Notes under the pieces: model-generated
What the model saw: only the letters and a program-made list of their open reading frames with translations
The model's database searches: none
Told to the model about the DNA's origin: nothing
Translations under genes and position numbers: made by a program
Shown here: positions 24,110 to 37,076 of the stretch, in pieces
Layout: each line of letters begins with the position of its first letter
Position numbering within the stretch: the first letter of the stretch is position 1
Source: Neoechinorhynchus agilis
Taxonomy: Eukaryota > Animalia > Acanthocephala
DNA length: 64,000 nt
NCBI GenBank assembly: GCA_051530055.1
Contig: CM121341.1
Span: 18,392,784 to 18,456,783, forward strand
Direction: 5' to 3'

Positions 24110-25360
24110 TCACAGTTCCTGCTGGAGCCGAGGCGGCCGTGCATACAGCACGAGCGTATGGTCGGAATGGTATCCATAAGGGAACGGCTATGGTCGAGCG
24201 TGACATGGAGAACGCGTTCAATTCAATATGCCGCACCGCGATGACAGAGGTTGTCCACCAGCATCTACCAGAAATCTACCAGTACGTGTCTTTGTGCTAC
24301 GACCAGTCCAGCATGCTGCTGTTCGACGAGTTCCAGGTCGAATCAGCAGAGGTTGTTCAACAAGGTGATCCTCTAGGTCCTCTGCTGTTCGCAATGACGA
24401 TCGATTATCTTGCCCACAGCTCTTCGTCAGAGTTATCGATCTGGTACCTTGACGACTGTTGCATCGGAGGGGAGATCGACCAGCTCATCCGCGACATCAA
24501 AAACATCTCCGAAATGGGTACTGATATGGGACTATTCCTGAGAACGGACAAATGCGAAATAATTTCGGACGACCAAGAGGAGGCATCGAGACTGCTCACC
24601 GTTCTACCCGGAACAAAAACAACTGCAATTGACTCAGCCGACATTCTCGGGTCTCTAATCGGTAACCTGTCCAACCTGGAAACGTTCCCCTCAAAAGTCA
24701 TCGATTAATTGCGGCTCACTGCCTCCAGGCTCTTGCACATCGCGCGACACGATGCTCTGTTATTACTAGGACGATGTCTGTCGCTACCGAAGATTACGTA
24801 CCTTCTAAGGACTTCTCCATGCTTCAAGTCAGTACTCACAAGGGATTTCGACAACTGCGTTCGATCAACCCTGTCAGAAGTCCTTAACCTACGACTGTCC
24901 GACACAGCATGGAAACAGGCGATCCTACCTATTCGATTCGGCGGTCTTGGCACTCTGAGTGCCACCGAAGTAGCAATTCCTGCTTTTTCGTCATCGATTT
25001 CGGTCTCTTCAGACCTGGTGCTGAGAATCATCCCACCACACACTCGACTAGAGTCGCATCCACCACCTGAACTGATTGAAGCGCACGCTTAATGGACATC
25101 AGTGTTCGGGCAGGTCGTTCCAACGGAAACAAACTCCCAAAAACGTTGGACTGTCCTGCCCCACACTGCATATTCTCAGCACCTTCTCAACTCATGCTCA
25201 TCTCCCACCGATAGAGCTCGTCTCCTGGCAGTCTCAGCTCCACACTCCAGCGACTTCTTGAAGGCTTTCCCGATCACGGCTGTTGGCACAAGGCTGGATG
25301 ACCAAGCCATCACCGTCGCTGTGGGACTTCGATTGGGCATCGAATTCTCTTTATTTTGAA
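24110..25360 (+). mobile_element. CRE-type LINE RT fragment, truncated at both ends (copy at 43550-44794)
   Basis: DMENAFNSI, VVQQGDPLGP, WYLDD, LPKITYLLRT, RARLLAV, AVGLRLG. Confidence 0.85.
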
Positions 25361-26427
25361 ACATACATTCCAAATTTCCCATGGTTTCGCCGAACACTGA
25401 AAAACTGAATCTATTACTGGATGCCGGATTATGTTCTTTGTGGTTTGAAGCGATTGAAGAATATCGTGTGCACCGATGCTATTTTTAAAACTGGTTTAAA
25501 TGATAAATTTTTAATTGATAACTGACCCAGAGAAACGTCCTTCACTGAGGTTGAAGGAACTTCCTATATGTAAGCAGTATGATTATTAGATTCATAAATT
25601 GTTACCAACGAATTCAATGTTGTGGGAACTTGCATTCATTCAACTCAAATCATATTGTATCTGAAGATAAAACAGTTCAATATTTTTTAGCCAAATGTGG
25701 CTAAAGGAATTGCACCGTTGCGGCTCAACGACGGAGAATTTAAACATACGGTTTTCGAGAAGGGAAAAAAATTTAAAAAGTAAACATGATGTCCAGATGA
25801 TTACCACAAAGCAATGTTGTTACCGTGGTTTTTGAGCCGTGCAGAGAAAGGGCTTTTTAAATGTCAAGTTAATATAACTGTCTTAAAAAAGAAGAATTTG
25901 AGCGCTAAAAAATTAGCCATTTAAACATAAGTTAAGCACGTTTGTTCTTGAAAAAATTCGGTGTCAAAGCAAAATGTGACCACTAAGAAAGTTCCAGTGT
26001 GTTTAATACGGTAAAATTTTTTAATCCTTCTGTTGTATCCGATCTCCATCAGAGCTCAAATTTAGCAATTCTCAAAAAAACGCGTGTATTACCAACATTA
26101 TTGAACAAATAAAAATTCACTCTACGAAGCATTTATTTATGAACGTAATTGAAAGAAAAAATCAATTCCCGACAAAATATTTGAAGTGCATAACAAGCGC
26201 TTCCTGGCTAAAGTGCGTTTATAAAGGTCATATTTGGCTCAGGAACTATAAATTCCATCTAGTTGCAAAATTTATCTAAATTGCAGTAATTGGAATGTTT
26301 ATGGTTTAAAAACTGGTTTTGCGAAGAAACGTAGCTTTCGAAGTTGGCTACTCCGAACGTTCAAAAATTTAATTATTCATGTTTGTCTATGGCGAAAAAA
26401 TTTAGGCAATCAACGTCCATAATGGAT

Positions 26428-27268
26428 ATGCCACCACCGCCGTCAACGATGCCACCACCGCCGTCAACGATGCCACCACCGCCGTCAACGATGCCACCAC
26501 CGCCGTCAACGATGCCACCACCGCCGTCAACGATGCCACCACCGCCGTCAACGATGCCACCACCGCCGTCAACGATGCCACCACCGCCGTCAACGATGCC
26601 ACCACCGCCGTCAACGATGCCACCGCCGTCAACGATGCCACCACCGCCGTCAACGATGCCACCACCGCCGTCAACGATGCCACCACCGCCGTCAACGATG
26701 CCACCACCGCCGTCAACGATGCCACCACCGCCGTCAACGATGCCACCACCGCCGTCACCATTACCACTGCCGTCAACGCCACCACCGCCGTCAACGATGC
26801 CACCACCGCCGTCAACGATGCCACCACCGCCGTCAACGATGCCACCACCGCCGCCGTCAACGATGCCACCACCGCCGTCAACGATGCCACCACCGCCGTC
26901 AACGATGCCACCACCGCCGTCAACGATGCCACCACCGCCGTCAACGATGCCACCACCGCCGTCAACGATGCCACCACCGCCGTCAACGATGCCACCACCG
27001 TCGTCAACGATGCCACCACCGCCGTCAACGATGCCACCACCGCCGTCAACGATGCCACCACCGCCGTCAACGATGCCACCACCGCCGTCAACGATGCCAC
27101 CACCGCCGTCAACGATGCCACCACCGCCGTCAACGATGCCACCACCGCCGTCAACGATGCCACCACCGCCGTCAACGATGCCACCACCGCCGTCAACGAT
27201 GCCACCACCGCCGTCAACGATGCCACCACCGCCGTCAACGATGCCACCACCGCCGTCAACGATGCCAC
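26428..27268 (+). repeat. 21-bp minisatellite (ATGCCACCACCGCCGTCAACG) of about 40 units at the 5' end of the CRE element
   Basis: Direct inspection; a few 18-bp, 24-bp and degenerate units; reads as (MPPPPST)n. Confidence 0.97.
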
Positions 27269-30200
27269 CATCGCACCCCCCCGCTTCGCTCGGGGACGGT
27301 CAATAAGGTGACGAATTAGCGACTACCCCGAAGTCACCGCCCAAAGCCAAGCAGTCAGACGATGGATATAGCGACGGATCAGATTCACCTCCCAGCCCTA
27401 TACCTCCAAGAAGGCTCAGGACGATCTCAGCATCGGATAGGTTTTGCCGAAATTCCAAATTACGTCACAATATGTTCAAATCGCCTACAATGGATGCTGC
27501 TGAGGCAGATAATTTGAACGCGACGCTCAACCTGAGAAGACCAACGCCGCCGGGCTCCCACGCGTCTCTACTGGTTTGTGTCCGGTTTGCGGTAAGTCTT
27601 TTCAATTAACCAATTTGGGGGTTTTGTTTGTCCATGGTCCACGGGATCTCCGCTGTAGTGGATCTGGTTCTCCACCACAATCAACCGATCTGTTTATGGC
27701 TGGGACCTCTCAGATCACCACTGATTCTATTTCGATACCTGATATCGTGCGGGTTCTGCCCAGGAACGTCCTGAAACGGATCCCCAAAGGCGCGCGATAT
27801 CTGGTCGCCAAAGCATTTACGGGATTGCTCAATGATTGCCTGCAAACGAACTGTGCGCCTTCATGGACACGGCTCTTCGCTTTCCCGCGCTTAGTCCTCT
27901 GCACCAGCGGTGATTCTGGGGTGTCTTTGACATCAACAATCAAGGAAAGGTTAGATTCCTTTGAACGAATATTTAAAAATTTTGAAAGGAATCTCCGCGA
28001 GGTTTCTAAGGGACGCACGAAGGAAGAGTATCGCTGCCGTTTTTCAAAGCGATCACTGACTGAGCGTGTCTCTTCGAAGCTTGCGGACGGGGATGTTCGG
28101 GGGGCTGTTCGGTTATTGTCATCCTCCGACAGTTTCGCAAAAGGAGACAGCGAGACGCTACAAATACTCCGGTCGAAGCACCCATGCAGTAGCGGAAGTT
28201 TTGAAATTCCATCTCCTCCCATTCAGGACAGGACGCCCACTCAAATTTCAGAGTTACAAAAGGCCATCTCATCTTTTGCAAATGGTTCTGGTCATTGGCT
28301 TGACTGACTAAGGCCTCAGCACCTAAAGGACTTTACAACTGGTGAAGCAGCTTTCTCCTTAGAAAAGTCGCTTTGTCGAATATTCGACCGCCTGACTGGA
28401 GTGGACCTGAACCCCGTTGCAAAAGACCTATTTTTCGGAGCATCATTATGTGCTCTCACAAAAAAAGAAGGTGGGATTCGTCCCATCGCCGTATCTTCGA
28501 CGATACGCCGACTTGCAGGAAAAATTCTCTGCAAACGTATTACAGAGAAAACCGGGCAGCAACTTCGTCCAGTCCAACTGGGCTGCTGCACATCCTGCGG
28601 GGCGGAAGCTATTGTCCACGCGCTCCGAAACTTTGCTGCGAGAAGCTCAGAGCCCAGCGTGATTCTTAAGTGTGATTTTCGGAACGCCTTTAACTCTCTC
28701 AATAGAGAAATCATGTTCTGCGCAGTTAGGGATCACGCACCAGAAGCCTTCCAGTATTTTCTCAATGCCTACGGGACGGCGACTCCTTTGCTTTTCGAAG
28801 ACCACCTCATTTGGTCCGAAAGAGGAGTGCAGCAAGGAGATCCCCTCGGTCCAATCGGATTCTCCCTAACAGTAAACCCAATAGCGCATTCTCTCCATTC
28901 CAGCTTCAACGCTTGGTACTTGGATGACGCTACGCTCGGAGGTGATCCCTCCGTTGTACTGCGCGATTTGGAGACGCTGATTAGGGAGACCTCGAAGATG
29001 GGCATTGAGCTCAATGCTGGAAAATGTGAGCTCCTTGTATTGAATATTGGAGACGCCGCCAAAGTCAAAGAACTAATGGCTGGGTTCGAGGCCGTAGCTC
29101 CAGGTCTGAAACTCGTGACTCGGGAGCAACTCAGCCTCCTGGGCAGTTGCGTCTTCGATTCAAATGTGGAAGATGAGATCGGCCGTATCATACCGAAACT
29201 TTCGTTGCTGTACGATAGGGTGAGCGCTCTCTCGGGTAACGAAGCGTTTTTCTGATAAATAACGAGCTCTTCATCCCCAAATTATTGTACAAGGTTCGCA
29301 CAGCAACATTTTTCAAACATAAGGAAGGATTGGCTAAGCTCGACGGCAAGGTGAGGGCTTGCCTCGAACGTATTTTAAATGTCCAGCTCTCAGATGAGGC
29401 GTGGCGACAAGCTTCTTTGCCTGTGTCATCCGGGGGATTTGGCGGCCTTTCTTGGATCGTTTGAGGGGAGCCTACCAGTCTCGAAGAACATTTTGAAGGA
29501 AAAGTTCTGTCTTGACCGGGATTTCGTGGTGGCGGTTGAGGAATGGTGCCAGCAGACAGGCGCTAACCATGTTCCCGTGAATGGCCTCAGACAGTCGATC
29601 TGGGACGGACCTCTTGTCGCGAGAGCTCACAGCTCTCTTCTTTCAGGTTCTCGCGATGGGGTCGTCCGAGCTAGACTGTTGGCAGTTTCAACACGAGAAT
29701 CTGGGGCGTGGTTGGAGGCTGTTCCTCTGGCATCTGTGGGAACTCTTCTTACTGACGAGGTGACGAGGATCGCAGTATCCTTAAGACTCGGTCTCCCGAT
29801 ATGCACGCCCCATCGCTGTCGATGTGGGTCGTTGGTTGATGCTTTCGGGCGACACGGTCTCGTCTGCAGAAGGTCAGCAGGAAGGTTTTCACGCCATTCT
29901 GAAATCAATAACGTAATTTCTCGGGCGTTGAGAACGGCGAACTTCCCGAACATCCTGGAACCCGCCCACCTCTGCAGACTAGACGGCCGTAGGCCCGATG
30001 GAATTTCAGTCTTCCCGTGGCGGGAGGGCAAATGCCTTCTCTGGGACGCCACGTGTGTGGACACCCTCGCAGCCAGCAACATCCCCTACTCCCTCGAAAT
30101 CGCCGGTGGTGCCGCCAGTGCAGCGGAAGGGAGGAAGGTACGAAAATATATTCAGCTATCGAGGGCTCACTATTTTGTCCCCTTTGGGGTAGAGACGTAT

Positions 30201-30421
30201 GGAGCGCTCGGCAGCTCGGCACTCTCTCTGCTCAAGGATCTCTCGAAGAAATTGAGAGAGGCAACCGGAGACTCAAGGGCAGGCTTATTTCTTCGACAAA
30301 ATATCTCGCTGGCAGTACAACGGGGCAATGCTACCAGCGTGATGGCGACGGTCGAGGAAGGACAAAAGCTGGAATTTGGTGGGAGGTGGTGAATGTAAAG
30401 AAAAGTAACCAAATAGAAAAC
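26430..30421 (+). mobile_element. Near full-length CRE-type non-LTR retrotransposon (ZnF, RT, RLE), frameshifted
   Basis: CPVCGK..HGPR..C, GGIRPIAV, CDFRNAFNS, GVQQGDPLGP, WYLDD, CRCG..HGLVC..RH, RPDG, WDATC; boundaries set by the empty site at 45753/45754. Confidence 0.92.
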
Positions 30422-31096
30422 TTATAGAGGCTGTAATTCATTAAATGTCGCTATTCTGTACATTAAATTAAAGTCTAACTGTTAAAGTGCGGCACGTGTC
30501 CTAATAATCGCTACTTTATGGTGAGTTTTAGGTCTTCGATCTTCAATTTTGCAACATTAATTTGGTAAATTTGCTAGTGTAATCTCGTGTACTATCTTTA
30601 ATAACTTTTAAATGTTTCATATTGAATTTAAAGTAGAGATTAAAAATGGTCAAAATGTCTAAACTTTTTGTGTAGTCTTATAAGACAATGTCCATTGTGA
30701 ATTCCGCAATATGCATTTAAAGACTCTACAAACACCAAAAGCTTGCAGCAGTTCCACTTATGGCCCCTTAGATTCATCGCGTCATAAACTCAATTGATTC
30801 TAATTAAAAATGGCTTAAACGGTTTCACGTCCTACATATTTGTGCGGCGATCTAGAAATTGTTACGAATGATACTTGTATCCTTTAGTCATGAATTCTTT
30901 TTTTATTGGTTTTTATATTGCGTAGTCTTTAGGGGTGCCTTGAAGTCTAAGCAAATGTTTTTGTATTTGTCGTAAACACTTTATTGGATTTTTTAAGTAA
31001 CATTAGTCGCGAGACTTCATGCACCTTATAACTACCGGAATTCATAAAACCAAGCCGATAATCAAAACAACGCAAACTAAAATCACGGAATCTAAG

Positions 31097-31450
31097 ATGC
31101 AAGGAGATAAATCGACTAATATTCCACCCACATTAATCCACGATCTCCTAAGTGTTGTTCGATTCTTTATTAAACAATATGGAAACGTCAACATTGCTCC
31201 AAAAATCCAAATGACCTTCGACATGAATGCATATGGAGTTCCTGAGGTTTTCACCACCTTAAAGGGTCATGTAAAGTCTCTCCGCGAAAATACGGTTAGA
31301 TTTATAGTGCCCTTAAAATTCCCTTTTGATCTAGATCCGGATAAGGTTAGTTTTGTAGTTTGCTTAAGTATGAATGCTGCATGGAAAAAATCGGGCGAAT
31401 CGCATATCATAATTCCTCTAATAAAAATTTCTACAGTCAACTTTCTGTAA
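31097..31450 (+). CDS. Hypothetical 117-aa protein, weak UEV/TSG101-like pattern (copy 46428-46781)
   Basis: ORF open in both copies; loose resemblance of FTALKGHV..VPLKFPFD to UEV domains. Confidence 0.35.
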   Translation: MQGDKSTNIPPTLIHDLLSVVRFFIKQYGNVNIAPKIQMTFDMNAYGVPEVFTTLKGHVKSLRENTVRFIVPLKFPFDLDPDKVSFVVCLSMNAAWKKSGESHIIIPLIKISTVNFL

Positions 31451-31469
31451 CTGTAGAAGCTTTTGAATA

Positions 31470-32074
31470 ATGGCATACACGGTATTAGAACCGGTGTCCT
31501 TAACGGAAGTAGGAAACGGAGAGCGCCCAATTCTAATAGTTGCTGAACGATCACTTTATGATCAAATCAATGATGACCCAACTGGGTGGAAACAAAAAGG
31601 TATAATAGGCGTTTCGAAGGAATATTATTCTCTAATATCAAAAAAATATACTGATTCGAGGCAAGCAATAAAAATCGACGATAAATGTGATCAGAAATTC
31701 TTTTCAAAATTTTCAATAGATTTACCCGAATTAGCTTCAAAATACTATAGAATTGAATCACAAAAATTGAAAAACTACGATTGGATAACTCCTATGCTGT
31801 ATTTTATGCTATTTCACTCGATGGAATGAGAAAGAGATACATAGTCTCTTGTCATTTCTGTGATCGAAACGCGGATTTCGCTTCACTAAAACAGCGATTG
31901 CTCTATCAAAGGTGGTATCGGACAAGATGCAGTGCTCTGGTACCCAATGTTTTAAATGATGCCGACGGAAACGTTCTTAGAGTGCACACGATGAACTTCG
32001 AAGAAAATTATATGGATTTCCTCTATTATATATCGGAAAATCATTTCAATTGTACCGTTACTTTAGCTGAGTAA
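31470..32074 (+). pseudogene. Frameshifted copy of the 201-aa hypothetical protein
   Basis: Three small indels near 31760-31785 relative to the intact copy at 46801-47406. Confidence 0.5.
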
Positions 32075-32879
32075 GCATCACGGTTGTCGTAATGAACGCA
32101 TTGGAAGGAGGGTTCCAAAATAATCACTTCATATTGTCTTCTTTATGTTCGAAGAAAGTACACCTCTCAATAATTGATCTTGCCAATGGTAACATCCTTA
32201 AATGCTAATTTTGATTTAAATGTGACGAACCAGATGGAAATAAAGGGTTAATATTTGCATTAAACCAACAAAATTGACTTTAATTGCCAAAATCTTTACT
32301 TTCAAAATTTTTTAACATTTAAAATCACTTTCATTTAGATTTATCTGGTACTCTAAGGATATGGGTGCTGAAACTCTTAATATTTCAAGAAAAGAGAAAA
32401 ACGAGCTGGTTTTATAATCAACATTTTAACTTTGTAAAATAGACGCGTGCAACTATTAATCGCGCATGAATGTATATTTTATAAGACATTGCATACAAAA
32501 ATGAATTAATATAAATATCATGGGAATATTTAGCCATTTATTTCTCAAATACTAATAGCGAAGAGCATTCCACCGTTTCATTCGGTATTTTACATGTTTT
32601 ATTTGACGATGAATTAGTTACTTAACTTTGATTTGATTCAGCGTTGTAATTTTTAGGGTATCATCTAAAATTGAGTCGAATTAGAACATCAAAGCACCAT
32701 ATTTAGGAATAGTGATAGCGATCGAGTCCACTCGTAAAGTATTCGTTTTATTTTCCACATCATATGCTTTTATTGGGAGCGTTAAACTGCGAACAATGAT
32801 TGTTCATTACGCTCGTGAAGTTACTGTTTAACTGGAGACCGAAAATCACTCGCTTTTCTTAGCAAAGAATGTGAAAGTC

Positions 32880-33611
32880 TCGGCTTATTACTTGGAGAGT
32901 TCCATCAGCATTCATGCTACCGTGTTCAACTCAATGCAAATCAAGACGGTACCTGCAGTCGATGGTTAGTGGATACGTTTGCAAAAAGGTTCACCACGTG
33001 GGGCTTTACTCAAACAGTGAATCCATTTGCGATTTACACTAAATAAAGACATCGATAATCTCTACTCATCTATTGCAAAAAAAGCACCTCCTCAAATGTT
33101 GGAATTGATGGTTTCGTGTATTGAGGCCCTAAGGTTTGCGATCATTACTCACGCCAAGCGATTACGAAAGGGTTGGTGTCATTGGAATGTCAAATCCACC
33201 AATATTCTCATATCTGCTAAGGAATCGAATCCGGACATTTCTGATGTCGAAAATCTCATTTTATTCAATTTTAACGATGCAATCTACACATTATACGTTT
33301 GTGACCTTGCGAACACTTTATTCCGCGTCGTATGCTCAAGTAATCAAAACAGGGCAATGATTCGAGCATTCCTCGAGTCCTATATGCACATGTTTCGTCT
33401 GGACCGTAGCGAATTTGTAGTTCTTTTCAACGCAACTCTGGCAATGGGATGCGCCGCAATATCAGATAAGTTAAAGGATTGGAAACAAACGAGCGCTCTT
33501 CAGGCCAATGAACACGCTCAGCAGATCAAACAAGCCTACGATGCGTTGGAGTTTTGCGCTACGGATGATTGGTTCATCAACTTCGTGCGTCCGTTAGATA
33601 AGCAACAGTGA
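32880..33611 (+). CDS. APH/hydroxylysine-kinase-like phosphotransferase fold with degenerate catalytic motifs; upstream exons not resolved (copy about 49015-49764)
   Basis: LGLLLGEFH; KGWCHWNVKSTNIL in place of HGD..NIL; LFNFND in place of LDFGD; YVCDLANTL; FLESY..L. Confidence 0.6.
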
Positions 33612-34354
33612 GAAGACGTCTGAGAAATAACTAGTATAATAATCGTAACTGGTCTTTTAACTATTGAAATGTCTTTGTCTTTCGATTAATAAAAATCAGT
33701 CAAAGGGTAAATCTTTATGAAGATAATAAATACAATTAAATTGCGTTCCTTAATCCTTAAGTACTTTTGGATTTTACGAAGTTGTTATGTAGGTTATATT
33801 CCAATTTTGTTTTACTTTTCTTCGCTCAAGCGATTAACCAAATCATCTATTTTTGGGTTTGAGCTACATATTTCCCACTTTGTGTTTTAATTTTGTCGCT
33901 TTTTCACGTTGCTTATGTTTCGCACGAATTTCTTTGATTTACAAATACTTAAAAGTTACTGGCAAGCCGCTTCTATTGATTCAGATTATTACATCCCTTC
34001 CTCGGCTTTTTGCCTTTCCTTCTTGAAAAAAAATTATTCGGTAAAGGTAAACCATGGATCGAACGCTGTCGCTGAATAACTGAAGCAACATTCTATACTA
34101 GTTACTATCCGTTTTTGGAAGTCATAATCCGATCCACTGCATGGATTTGTTGGCCCAGTCTGCTGAGGAAATCCACTCAAAGGGTAGCCTCGACAGGATT
34201 TTCAAGAATACACGGCATCCTTCTTGGCATGAAACCTGTGATATTAATAAGGTGTGTAAATATCGATCAGCTCAACGAGCGTTATTTCGATCCACTATCT
34301 CGGATCTTCTTCAGCGATCTAAAACACATATAACAGGGATTCTCAATTCACGCG

Positions 34355-35000
34355 TCACATAACATCCGGTGGGTGTCGCATCCTTAATTTGAAATCAGGT
34401 TTATTGCCCTCGAACGTTTCGAACCTATTGCAAACTAGTGTTGTAGCGGCACTAAAATCAATAGTGTGCCCCGTGTTTTTTGCATGGGCCACCACTGCGG
34501 AACTAATATCCGTGTTGAGAACAACTGATGATTCGTGCTCCTTCAACCGTCTGGTGAAATTGTTGGTCTGCCCCACATAAACCTGTTCGCAACCGGAGCA
34601 CGGAATTTTGTAGACCGGATGAACTCCATAGCAAGATACGAATGATCATCAGGGAATGGCAGTTCAACGTAGATCTCTTCCTTTTTAGACTTTGTCTCCC
34701 CATTGAAGGTATGACGCACATTCCGAATGCACCGTTCGACAAGATGGAGAGGATAACCATATCGACCTGATATGTACTTTAGGTAATCAATCTCCTCGTT
34801 ACACAACTTAACGTTGCTACAATGTGTAAGAGCACGATGGATGAGTGACCTAATCCTCGAATTTTTTTTGTATTTGCGAGGTTGGGCTGATGTCCATGGC
34901 ACAAGGCCCACTGGTATACCTCTCTTTCGGTACCCCCTGGTCGTGTAGTTTCCACTGGCTAATCGGTATATCCACACATCCAGGAACGGAAACTTACCAT
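34355..35000 (-). mobile_element. Penelope-like element remnant (RT thumb plus GIY-YIG) (copy 50508-51150)
   Basis: RSLIHRALTHCS..EEIDYL..GYP; YVGQTNNFTRRLKEH..SAVVAHAKNTGHTIDF. Confidence 0.8.
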
Positions 35001-35026
35001 GGTCCTCCTCGATCGTCCACTGAATA

Positions 35027-36790
35027 TTGTCGTTCCTTCAGTATACGCCGTTGCGTTGTGTTCTTTTTTTCCAAGAGGGTAAAAGTGTATATAATACATC
35101 TCAACTTTTCAATTTCTTACCTCAATTTGACTCTCCTGAATACGTTTCTTTTATCTCTGCTCCATTCAGCCCATCGTCACAAGGTCTAATTTCTGTCTTC
35201 CACACATCTCTTGATCCATCTTTAATATCTACGTTTATTTCGAATGAGCTGTCTTATTCCCTTCTTAAATTTTTCTTCGAGCGCCGGCGTTTCACTGTTG
35301 CCAGTCTGTACATACGACCCAGCTTTATACATCGCCCGGCTGTTAAAAATATTGTGAAATGCCTTCTCCATTCTAACATTGATTTCATTGCTGGCGATTT
35401 CAATGACCCTTCGGCGAGGTGGTCCAAGGCCATAGTAAACTCAATCAAACCTCGATATGAACTCTCGACATCTCTTACTCCGTCCTATCACAATATAACG
35501 AAAAATATCCACTCATTCTTAGACCTTATAGAAAATGTTTGAATTTGTTAATTCAAGTAGAGCAACAGGTGTCTCTCTTTAACTTAGCTGGCCATGACGC
35601 TTTAATATGATCTATTGGCAGTATTAGTAATTTAAGGACAGTTCTACACTTGTCCCCTCTAAACATTGCTCTGTTCAGATCAGTTGACCAATTACTTCTA
35701 TCGCGGATTTATTTAGCCAATAATTTGAGTTATGTCCTTCCTCAAGTTAATTGTTTTATCAATTCAACAGCTAATCTTCTTCTCTATCAACCACAGAGGG
35801 TTTTCTCTGGACCTTACGAAAGCATATCATTTTGTTTCATTGGGTGTCAGCTATATCAAGTTAGACATTGTGGAGACGTTTTTCTGGTTAAAATACTTTC
35901 CAGTCAATACTGGGCAGCTCGCTGTAGAGAACAAATGGCGTTCGAAGGCGCCTTTTTAAAAACTTTAAGACCCTTCTCTTCGAAGTGGTGGAATACGATT
36001 TCGAGGAAGAAATTCATTAATTGGAAATCAAAGCTAACCTCCTGGTTAAAAACCTCCACTTTGGACCAGATACTAACTTCTATCTTTGATTTTCATGCCT
36101 CCGCTCGCGCCAAAGGAAATATTCCGCCAATCTTATTTCGCAGATTAATTCGTAATCGCTCTGATTTGACTCAGAATGATATTGCCAAAGTTTGATCTCT
36201 TAATCCCAAAATTTCTCATCAAACAGCACTTCAGGAACAAAATGCTTCTCTCTGCTCCCTCGGGATTGCGTCCTCAACATAGCAAACTTGATGTTGAAGT
36301 GTTCCTCGTATGCCTGGCGGGATATAAATATCTCACGGCGCATCGCCTTGGTTAAAAATGGGACACCCAACGACCTTCGCCCGATCTCCTTGCAGAACCC
36401 ATTGGTCACCCACCACCTACGAACGTGCTCTAGCGCATAAACTCAATCTCTTCGTCTTGGAGCACAAGTGCATATCCTTTGAAAGGGAAGTCTGTTCACT
36501 CAGCGTTGGCTGATATTTATTCGAACTTTGGCGACGATGCGCCCCTTTACGTGCACTTTTAGCAGTAGACCTGTCTCAGACCTTTGACGAAATCTCCCTA
36601 AGCTTCGTTGTCGAAATTTTAGAATTTTTCAGTGTTCCACATAACCTAATTGCCAGGATTCATAATACGCTTTTCTCGAAAGCGTTTTATTACGATGATG
36701 ATGTTGGCATGACGTTTTATTACCTTCTTAACGGTGTTCCACAAGGATCGCAACTCTCCCCTATTTTATTCCTTTTTTCTTCTCAATACA
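35027..36790 (+). mobile_element. Decayed APE-RT LINE (copy 51180-52945)
   Basis: SLYIRP, FIAGDFN, LRPISL, AVDLSQTFD, GVPQGS. Confidence 0.75.
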
Positions 36791-37076
36791 TTGTACAAAA
36801 TTATCCTCTTAATGTATCTATGATTTGTTATGCAGGGACATCAGTTTTAGGATGAAATCTCATCGAGCGGCCAGGCTGAAACTTTTAATCGAACAATCCA
36901 TAGAGTATCTAAAAACCATACTAGCTCACATGAACCTTTATCTTAATTTAATAAAAATAAAATTGATCATTAAAACTCGCTCAAGCCGAATACGCAGAAA
37001 CTTCAAACTATTCTTTTCTTCACTTTTATCCGACAATTCTCAGTCCGTATTGAACAATTCTTTTATGCCCTACAAG

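Larger units (their letters stand above)
20079..36790 (+). repeat. Large duplication, copy 1
   Basis: Colinear and near-identical to 39477-52945 apart from insertion/deletion differences. Confidence 0.9.

Noticed and set aside
26402-27306. CRISPR-like array, or a host extensin-like / poly-(VASLTAV) protein
   Set aside because: Head-to-tail tandem repeat with no spacers; absent from the empty site, so it is part of the retroelement; the antisense ORF is a by-product of the stop-free repeat
33000-33050. Possible non-canonical 31/34-nt intron in the kinase-like gene
   Set aside because: The 32-nt GT-AG candidate is out of phase, but homology there is too weak to fix the frame and no TIR is visible; left unresolved
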